A stretch of DNA of 64,000 bases, from NCBI GenBank assembly GCA_002269645.1, contig NIVC01002479.1:1-64000 (forward strand). The letters are read 5' to 3'. The translations under genes were made by a program, and so were the position numbers. The notes below the pieces were generated by a model, which saw nothing but the letters and a program-made list of their open reading frames with translations, was not told the DNA's origin and made no database searches. Origin of the DNA: Macrostomum lignano. Its lineage: Eukaryota. Positions 54,035 through 64,000 of the stretch are shown here, one piece after another (within the stretch, counting starts at the first letter, position 1; the number at the start of each line of letters is the position of its first letter).

Positions 54035-57000
54035 AATTACTGTTGTAGTAGTGTAGTAGTAGCTCTCCTGCACTTGTCATCGTCACAACGAAGTCCTAGT
54101 TCAACGGCCAATTCCGATGTCATGTCCTCGAAATTGAATTTCGGCTGAGCTTTGCTGCGGCCTTTGCCAAGCCTAGTGCTCGCCTACACTTGATGTTAGG
54201 ATATGATATAATTTACTGTGGATATATGATCTACTGTCTTCTAGTTCTAAGTGGATTAAACTGTAAGGGGATTAAACTGGCTTTGATTATAAATAATTAT
54301 TGCTCATTTAATTGATTTTCATATTATAGCAGATTGTGAAATGATAGGCCCATGCCATCCCATGGCTAGGCTAGGCCCTATGTTGCTATGACTATGGGCA
54401 TGGCAGTAGACCTACAGTATGGGACCTTCTTTAACTTTAAGGAGATAGGTGTAGAATAGTTTCAGTTTTGATAGGGTTAAAGACTTATAATTTTGTCCAT
54501 GATAGGGTTTTTCAATGGTGTTAATTTCAAATTTGAGCTTCATTTTTAGTTAGTCTACATGTATAAACCCACCTATATGTAGCTAAAGCCAACCACCTTG
54601 CCATATCATCATCAATGATATGGATCAATGCATCATCGCAAGTAAAAAAATTGCCTAATCTTTGATATATACTATGCATGCAGTATTAGACTCTCTAGGA
54701 CCTTGTTGCACATGAGAATTTTAATATCCAGTCAATCTGGCAATAGGATGATCCAGCGACAGACAATCTGGCGATAATCAATCTAGTGACAAGGTATTAA
54801 ATTGGCTATTTTACATTGAGACACATTAGAGAGCTTTTATATGTATTACTATTAGGCCTATCAAAACTATTATAACTGTTAGGCCTATGTATAATTGTTA
54901 ATAATTAATTTTAGGCCTTATATATTTATATTATATTATTTTTTATTTTTAATGAAATGTATGCAAGAGTTCCGCATGAAATTTAGCAGGTTTAAAATCT
55001 GCAAGTTTCAACAGCTTATTTTCCTGTACATTGCTTTAAAAAAGGAAATCACATTTAAATTGATAGCTTTGATGCATTCTTTATTTTCAGTAAGGAATGC
55101 ACACTAGTTTTATAATCAGATGCTAACCATCCAACAGTTATTTTCTGCATTATAGCTTAATGGAGATGTCAACTGGGAAGCTCCAACAATCCTCATGTAT
55201 GTAAAAAAAATCCAAACATTATTACATTAAAATGTTTGATTTCACCACCTTAAATTATTTCAGAAGTATAGCCAGTGTTCCATTTTATTAGAAAAGACGC
55301 CGTCCTAATTAAAATAAATTCTTCATATGTAACAAGCAGGTAAAGATCGTCAGCAAGTGGGCAAAGAGCAGCATTGGGAGCTGGAGTATGTAAGATTAAG
55401 ATAAAAGAACTGCATATAAAGTCCCATTTGTATCTAAATTTCATATAAAATCTATAAATCAAAATCTGTTGCCAGATCATTTGTTACCACTTTGACTATT
55501 GCCAAATTGTCTGTCACCGGATTGTCTTGTAGTAGATGGACTAGAAACCAGAATTTTCCCTAAGAAATAGTAAATTTGTTAGTAGACACCATATAGTCAA
55601 GAAGGTGTACTGTCCTATATGCACTGAAAAAAAATTAATCATTTTTTTCTTTTATATACCATGTGCTAAAGCAATTTTATTCCTTATTGTTGTTGTATCC
55701 TAAAACAGAGTTAAAAAAGAAAATAATTATACTAAATTATAAAATTTAAACTTTGAGCAATGGTAGGCTTTTATGATCATGATAAAATTAAAAGTTGAAT
55801 TCTAAAAGTTTTTAATTATAACAAACAACAGTCCAAGTCCAGTCCAAGAACAGTGTAAGTTCAAAGAAAATCAGTCTAGCTATTTTTCTCTAATTGATCA
55901 TATAGACACAGACAGACCATTTTTAGTATATGGATTTTTGTTAACAAATTCATGCCAAGCATGAAAAATTCAATGTAAATAAATGTGTTTATGTAAAAAA
56001 AAAGAAAATTCATTCTAGCTAAAAATTTAAATTAGGCCTATGCATCATTTTCTTAGATGTATAATTTTTTTATTTAAATGAACATATTTGTTATATTGTT
56101 ATAAAGAGGTTTTCTTATAAAAATTTGTTTTGAAAACTCTACACAATCAACTTGTAAAAACTGAATTACTTTAGGAGAAATTTTTGTCATAAAATTTATA
56201 TAAATTTTCTGTTTTTTGCATATACTAGTGTATATTTAGCTACAATAAGATTCTTGTTCTGACATACACTATTATACAATCTAGACCTTGAAGTCTAAAA
56301 GATAATTTAACTATATATTTTTCATGGATATTGATATATTGGGTCTTTTTAAGAGTAGATAGATAATTATTGGACCTTGGAAGGCCCTCTAACCAAGAGG
56401 TTAATAGCTAACAATTAGGGCATGGAAAGTTTTAAGGTAAGGTGATTTTTCACAGAAACTAACATTATCTATCTATATTTAATTTTGGATATCCCCTGAG
56501 TGTCTAGCAAAAGTTTCAAAAAGTTGGAAATTGAAAGTATTTATATTTATTTATCTACTAGAGGTCATTTCACAAGAGACTTTTGAACCATAATACAGAC
56601 TGCTTTTTGAAACTAAAAAAAATTGAAGTTCAAAAACATGATGGATCCTCTCATAGAATGACCCATAGCTACACTCTCAAATCTATTACATAGTATGCTA
56701 GAAAAATGTAAATATCTGTTTGCAAAACTTTGTAGTTAAAACATCTTTAATTAAAAAAATTTCTAAAAGTAAGAAATTAAAAAGTGATTATTAAAAAACA
56801 TTTTACTTACCAAATTAGAAATGTTAATTTATAAAAAAAATTAATTAAAAAAATATTCCACTAAAAATATTAAGTATGTCTATGTGAGTCTATATACAAT
56901 TTGTTTGCTATGGACTCCTAAACCACTACCACTCAACCAAATGGCACCAAATTTTGCGCCCATCCTAAGCTCTTTACAGAGAATGTTTAAGTCTTAGTTG

Positions 57001-57338
57001 TCTTCTTCCTACCTAAAAGTGCAAAAAATGGCTAAAAAGTGCAGTTTTTTTCACTACTATCAATATAAAAATAAGAATTCAAAGGCCTAAATAGTTTCAT
57101 AGGCATAGTGTCTATTAGTCCCATTTGTACATATTCAAAAGATAAAAACAAATCTTTTTGTTCTTTTTATTGCTTATGTTAGCAATATTCATTTTAAAAG
57201 CTAGTACATCATCAGTCATAGTTGTATAAGCAAAATTATTCTATAATACTGATTTTAACTTTCTTTAATTTCTACTTTAACCAAAAAATTACATGCAAGT
57301 TGTTTTTGGATTTTCTGTGCCTCATCTAACTTATTCTA

Positions 57339-60300
57339 ATGTCGAAGACACCCGATGAGGGTACTGTAAACCCTCCAAAAGCAGATTCTGATACTATCAG
57401 AACCTCAAAAATTGCTCGTCCACGTATCTTTGGTCAGCAATTGTCTGCAAATGAGCCGAGTATCAAGAAAATTCGGCTCCAAAGTAAGTAATTTAAGCAC
57501 TGTCAGTTCGAGTACAGGATACATTATTCACAGGTTCCCATCACCTTTTTCCCATTTCTGCCTTTTGCAGAAAGCAATTTGCCAGTACCGTCATTGGATA
57601 CAAGCCAGGCCCAATCGTCGAGGCCAATCAAGCAGACATCCATTCCTCTACCGAAGACAATCAGAGAGCCAGGTCCAGCTGCTAATATTGAAGGAGCCAG
57701 CAATTTGGAGTTTTCTATTAATCAGACTGCATTAAACACCGAGCAGGACACAGGTGCAGAAAACATTTGCAGCACCCCTTCTGTCAAGATTACTTCTCAA
57801 ATGTCTGGTTCAAGCAATCGAGATGAAATTCCAAACCTTGAAAAAGTTTTAGCCACCAACAGTCGCTTGGTTCAGGATCTGACTAATCAAAAAAAGCTGG
57901 TAGCTGAGAAAGACGTTCTAATCGCTGAGCTTCAAAAAAAGCTTTCTGATGTCAACAATTCAGCGGACTCAGGCAAAGTAGGGCAACAGAAGTCAGAAGT
58001 CCGCCTGAATCAACTTATGAGCAGTGCAAGCAACACTAGCAGGTGCATTGAACGTGATGCTGATGCACAAACTAGTTTCGAAACTATCCAATCGCCAACT
58101 CGTAATAATCTTCGGCAGCAAATTAACGAGCTAAAAGATCAGAATCAAATTCTTCAACGCAATAACGAAGAGTTAAGCGCTCAACTAACTCAAATAAAAG
58201 AGGAGTCTATTTCGCCTGAGGAAGCTAAGAAACTCCGGGAAGAAAATAGTGAATTGCAAAGACAAATACTATCAGTTCAGGAAAACGACTGCGGCGCTGA
58301 AGAGTACACTGAAAAACAGTGGTGTGAACAGCTTCAGTTACTGCAAACTAACTACAACAATCTCAGTCATGAAAAGTCACTACAAGATAGACAAGTTGAT
58401 AACTTGCAGAGCAGACTTTCGAAACTACAGGACGAAGCCACGAGTTCTTCCAAAGAGAGTTCCAACCTGAAAGAGCAGCTTCTACATTACCAACAGCAAC
58501 TAGATGACTTGCGCTGCGAACTGCAATCGACAGAAGATTGCAAAGGCTATTTAGAATGCGAGTCCATTGACCTAAATTCTCGTCTATCACTTCTGACTAA
58601 TCGCTTTAAAGAGGTGGAGGTCGAGAAGGAGATGCTGGAAGAAAAGCTGCGTTCGCTACAGGAAGAGCACGACCATGTGTGCGAGTCGAAATCGTCGAAG
58701 GAGAAGGAGGTGGAGGAGCTGCGATCGCGGTTGTCAGAGTTACAGAACGAAGCAGTGTGCTCTTCTGAGAAAGCTACTGAGCTTGAAGCACAGGTGCTGG
58801 AGTATCAACAGCAGGTGAACGATCTTCGCGAGAAAGTTCGTATCACGGAGGAGCTTAAATCTGCGATCGAGACCGACTCCAGTGATTTGACATCTCGGCT
58901 GGCTGAAGTGAATCAGCTGTTAGAATCTAAAGACGAAGCGCTTACAAAATCTAGCGACAGAATCCAAGAGGTTGAAGTCGAGAAGGAGATGCTGGAAGAG
59001 AAGCTGCGTTCGCTACAGGAAGAGCACGACCATGTGTGCGAGTCGAAATCGTCGAAGGAGAAGGAGGTGGAGGAGCTGCGATCGCGGTTGTCAGAGTTAC
59101 AGAACGAAGCAGTGTGCTCTTCTGAGAAAGCTACTGAGCTTGAAGCACAGGTGCTGGAGTATCAACAGCAGCTAAACGATCTTCGCGAGAAAGTTCGTAT
59201 CACGGAGGAGCTTAAATCTGCGATCGAGACCGACTCCAGTGATTTGACATCTCGGCTAGCTGAAGTGAATCAGCTGTTAGAATCTAAAGACGAAGCGCTT
59301 ACAAAATCTAGCGACAGAATCCAAGAGGTGAAGTCGAGAAGGAGATGCTGGAAGAGAAGCTGCGTTCGCTACAGGAAGAGCACGACCATGTGTGCGAGTC
59401 GAAATCGTCGAAGGAGAAGGAGGTGGAGGAGCTGCGATCGCGGTTGTCAGAGTTACAGAACGAAGCAGTGTGCTCTTCTGAGAAAGCTACTGAGCTTGAA
59501 GCACAGGTGCTGGAGTATCAACAGCAGCTAAACGATCTTCGCGAGAAAGTTCGTATCACGGAGGAGCTTAAATCTGCGATCGAGACCGACTCCAGTGATC
59601 TGACATCTCGGCTAGCTGAAGTGAATCAGCTGTTAGCATCTAAAGACGAAGCGCTTACAAAATCTAGCGACAGAATCCAAGAGATGAAAGTCGAGAAGGA
59701 GATGCTGGAAGAGAAGCTGTGTTCGCTACAGGAAGAGCACGACCATGTGTGCGAATCGAAATCGTCGAAGGAGAAGGAGGTGGAGGAGCTGCGATCGCGG
59801 TTGTCAGAGTTACAGAACGAAGCAGTGTGCTCCTCTGAGAAAGCTACTGAGCTTGAAGCACAGGTGCTGGAGTATCAACAGCAGCTAAACGATCTTCGCG
59901 AGAAATTTCGTATCACGGAGGAGCTTAAATCTGCGATCGAGACCGACTCCAGTGATTTGACATCTCGGCTAGCTGAAGTGAATCAGCTGTTAGAATCTAA
60001 AGACGAAGCGCTTACAAAATCTAGCGACAGAATCCAAGAGGTGGAAGTCGAGAAGGAGATGCTGGAAGAGAAGCTGTGTTCGCTACAGGAAGAGCACGAC
60101 CATGTGTGCGAGTCGAAATCGTCGAAGGAGAAGGAGGTGGAGGAGCTGCGATCGCGGTTGTCAGAGTTACAGAACGAAGCAGTGTGCTCTTCTGAGAAAG
60201 CTACTGAGCTTGAAGCACAGGTGCTGGAGTATCAACAGCAGGTGAACGATCTTCGCGAGAAAGTTCGTATCACGGAGGAGCTTAAATCTGCGATCGAGAC

Positions 60301-63300
60301 CGACTCCAGTGATTTGACATCTCGGCTAGCTGAAGTGAATCAGCTGTTAGATCTAAAGACGAAGCGCTTACAAAATCTAGCGACAGAATCCAAGAGGTGA
60401 AGTCGAGAAGGAGATGCTGGAAGAGAAGCTGCGTTCGCTACAGGAAGAGCACGACCATGTGTGCGAATCGAAATCGTCGAAGGAGAAGGAGGTGGAGGAG
60501 CTGCGATCGCGGTTGTCAGAGTTACAGAACGAAGCAGTGTGCTCTTCTGAGAAAGCTACTGAGCTTGAAGCACAGGTGCTGGAGTATCAACAGCAGCTAA
60601 ACGATCTTCGCGAGAAAGTTCGTATCACGGAGGAGCTTAAATCTGCGATCGAGACCGACTCCAGTGATTTGACATCTCGGCTAGCTGAAGTGAATCAGCT
60701 GTTAGAATCTAAAGACGAAGCGCTTACAAAATCTAACGACAGAATCCAAGAGGTGGAAGTCGAGAAGGAGATGCTGGAAGAGAAGCTGCGTTCGCTACAG
60801 GAAGAGCACGACCATGTGTGCGAGTCGAAATCGTCGAAGGAGGAGGTGGAGGAGCTGCGATCGCGGTTGTCAGAGTTACAGAACGAAGCAGTGTGCTCTT
60901 CTGAGAAAGCTACTGAGCTTGAAGCACAGGTGCTGGAGTATCAACAGCAGCTAAACGATCTTCGCGAGAAAGTTCGTATCACGGAGGAGCTTAAATCTGC
61001 GATCGAGACCGACTCCAGTGATTTGACATCTCGGCTAGCTGAAGTGAATCAGCTGTTAGCATCTAAAGACGAAGCGCTTACAAAATCTAGCGACAGAATC
61101 CAAGAGGTGGAAGTCGAGAAGGAGATGCTGGAAGAGAAGCTGTGTTCGCTACAGGAAGAGCACGACCATGTGTGCGAGTCGAAATCGTCGAAGGAGAAGG
61201 AGGTGGAGGAGCTGCGATCGCGGTTGTCAGAGTTACAGAACGAAGCAGTGTGCTCTTCTGAGAAAGCTACTGAGCTTGAAGCACAGGTGCTGGAGTATCA
61301 ACAGCAGCTAAACGATCTTCGCGAGAAAGTTCGTATCACGGAGGAGCTTAAATCTGCGATCGAGACCGACTCCAGTGATTTGACATCTCGGCTAGCTGAA
61401 GTGAATCAGCTGTTAGAATCTAAAGACGAAGCGCTTACAAAATCTAGCGACAGAATCCAAGAGGTGGAAGTCGAGAAGGAGATGCTGGAAGAGAAGCTGC
61501 GTTCGCTACAAGAAGAGCACGACCATGTGTGCGAGTCGAAATCGTCGAAGGAGAAGGAGGTGGAGGAGCTGCGATCGCGGTTGTCAGAGTTACAGAACGA
61601 AGCAGTGTGCTCTTCTGAGAAAGCTACTGAGCTTGAAGCACAGGTGCTGGAGTATCAACAGCAGGTGAACGATCTTCGCGAGAAAGTTCGTATCACGGAG
61701 GAGCTTAAATCTGCGATCGAGACCGACTCCAGTGATTTGACATCTCGGCTAGCTGAAGTGAATCAGCTGTTAGATCTAAAGACGAAGCGCTTACAAAATC
61801 TAGCGACAGAATCCAAGAGGTGGAAGTCGAGAAGGAGATGCTGGAAGAGAAGCTGCGTTCGCTACAGGAAGAGCACGACCATGTGTGCGAGTCGAAATCG
61901 TCGAAGGAGAAGGAGGTGGAGGAGCTGCGATCGCGGTTGTCAGAGTTACAGAACGAAGCAGTGTGCTCTTCTGAGAAAGCTACTGAGCTTGAAGCACAGG
62001 TGCTGGAGTATCAACAGCAGCTAAACGATCTTCGCGAGAAAGTTCGTATCACGGAGGAGCTTAAATCTGCGATCGAGACCGACTCCAGTGATTTGACATC
62101 TCGGCTAGCTGAAGTGAATCAGCTGTTAGAATCTAAAGACGAAGCGCTTACAAAATCTAGCGACAGAATCCAAGAGGTGAAGTCGAGAAGGAGATGCTGG
62201 AAGAGAAGCTGCGTTCGCTACAGGAAGAGCACGACCATGTGTGCGAGTCGAAATCGTCGAAGGAGAAGGAGGTGGAGGAGCTGCGATCGCGGTTGTCAGA
62301 GTTACAGAACGAAGCAGTGTGCTCTTCTGAGAAAGCTACTGAGCTTGAAGCACAGGTGCTGGAGTATCAACAGCAGCTGAACGATCTTCGCGAGAAAGTT
62401 CGTACCACGGAGGAGCTTAAATCTGCGATCGAGACCGACTGCAGTGATCTGACATCTCGGCTAGCTGAAGTGAATCAGCTGTTAGCATCTAAAGACGAAG
62501 CGCTTACAAAATCTAGCGACAGAATCCAAGAGGTGAAGTCGAGAAGGAGATGCTGGAAGAGAAGCTGTGTTCGCTACAGGAAGAGCACGACCATGTGTGC
62601 GAGTCGAAATCGTCGAAGGAGAAGGAGGTGGAGGAGCTGCGATCGCGGTTGTCAGAGTTACAGAACGAAGCAGTGTGCTCTTCTGAGAAAGCTACTGAGC
62701 TTGAAGCACAGGTGCTGGAGTATCAACAGCAGGTGAACGATCTTCGCGAGAAAGTTCGTATCACGGAGGAGCTTAAATCTGCGATCGAGACCGACTCCAG
62801 TGATTTGACATCTCGGCTAGCTGAAGTGAATCAGCTGTTAGATCTAAAGACGAAGCGCTTACAAAATCTAGCGACAGAATCCAAGAGGTGAAGTCGAGAA
62901 GGAGATGCTGGAAGAGAAGCTGCGTTCGCTACAGAAGAGCACGACCATGTGTGCGAGTCGAAATCGTCGAAGGAGAAGGAGGTGGAGGAGCTGCGATCGC
63001 GGTTGTCAGAGTTACAGAACGAAGCAGTGTGCTCTTCTGAGAAAGCTACTGAGCTTGAAGCACAGGTGCTGGAGTATCAACAGCAGCTAACGATCTTCGC
63101 GAGAAAGTTCGTATCACGGAGGAGCTTAAATCTGCGATCGAGACCGACTCCAGTGATTGACATCTCGGCTAGCTGAAGTGAATCAGCTGTTAGAATCTAA
63201 AGACGAAGCGCTTACAAAATCTAGCGACAGAATCCAAGAGGTGAAGTCGAGAAGGAGATGCTGGAAGAGAAGCTGCGTTCGCTACAGAAGAGCACGACCA

Positions 63301-64000
63301 TGTGTGCGAGTCGAAATCGTCGAAGGAGAAGGAGGTGGAGGAGCTGCGATCGCGGTTGTCAGAGTTACAGAACGAAGCAGTGTGCTCTTCTGAGAAAGCT
63401 ACTGAGCTTGAAGCACAGGTGCTGGAGTATCAACAGCAGCTGAACGATCTTCGCGAGAAAGTTCGTATCACGGAGGAGCTTAAATCTGCGATCGAGACCG
63501 ACTCCAGTGATTTGACATCTCGGCTAGCTGAAGTGAATCAGCTGTTAGAATCTAAAGACGAAGCGCTTACAAAATCTAGCGACAGAATCCAAGAGGTGGA
63601 AGTCGAGAAGGAGATGCTGGAAGAGAAGCTGCGTTCGCTACAGAAGAGCACGACCATGTGTGCGAGTCGAAATCGTCGAAGGAGAAGGAGGTGGAGGAGC
63701 TGCGATCGCGGTTGTCAGAGTTACAGAACGAAGCAGTGTGCTCTTCTGAGAAAGCTACTGAGCTTGAAGCACAGGTGCTGGAGTATCAACAGCAGCTAAA
63801 CGATCTTCGCGAGAAAGTTCGTATCACGGAGGAGCTTAAATCTGCGATCGAGACCGACTCCAGTGATTTGACATCTCGGCTAGCTGAAGTGAATCAGCTG
63901 TTAGATCTAAAGACGAAGCGCTTACAAAATCTAGCGACAGAATCCAAGAGGTGAAGTCGAGAAGGAGATGCTGGAAGAGAAGCTGCGTTCGCTACAGGAA
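57339..64000 (+). CDS. large coiled-coil protein with 119-aa tandem repeats, 3' partial and frameshifted in this sequence; join(57339..57483,57571..>64000)
   Basis: ATG at 57339, donor A|GTAAGT at 57484 and acceptor ttttgcag at 57570 are phase-1 consistent. The frame is open through 59327; E/K/L/Q-rich heptads. From 59328, repeated 1-bp deletions shift the frame. Confidence 0.8.
58611..64000 (+). repeat. 357-bp coding tandem repeat, ~15 copies visible, continuing past the window end
   Basis: Unit starts at 58611, 58968 and onward; near-identical copies with a few diagnostic variants. Confidence 0.97.

Overview
This is eukaryotic, intron-rich animal DNA, not prokaryotic. GC-rich exons sit among dense minisatellites and AT-rich transposon debris, resembling a Macrostomum-type flatworm genome (inference only). 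Six spliced genes were reconstructed by hand with phase-consistent junctions: TSEN2-like (+, 5' partial), a divergent DEG/ENaC channel (+), a CFAP77-like gene (-) that the ORF track largely misses, an LRRC63-like gene (+, 10 exons) head-to-head with it, RPL15 (-), and a coiled-coil gene (+) with a 357-bp/119-aa tandem repeat running off the window end. About 25 unrelated tandem arrays fill introns and intergenic space, and several start or end at splice signals or a stop codon. Mobile DNA includes two Mutator-like elements with exact 9-bp TSDs, a Harbinger-like MITE, a hAT-like MITE, a 5'-truncated LINE with a 13-bp TSD, and faint hAT and mariner relics. No tRNA, rRNA or CRISPR array was found. 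Family assignments rest on remembered motifs, not database searches, and array boundaries and copy numbers are approximate.
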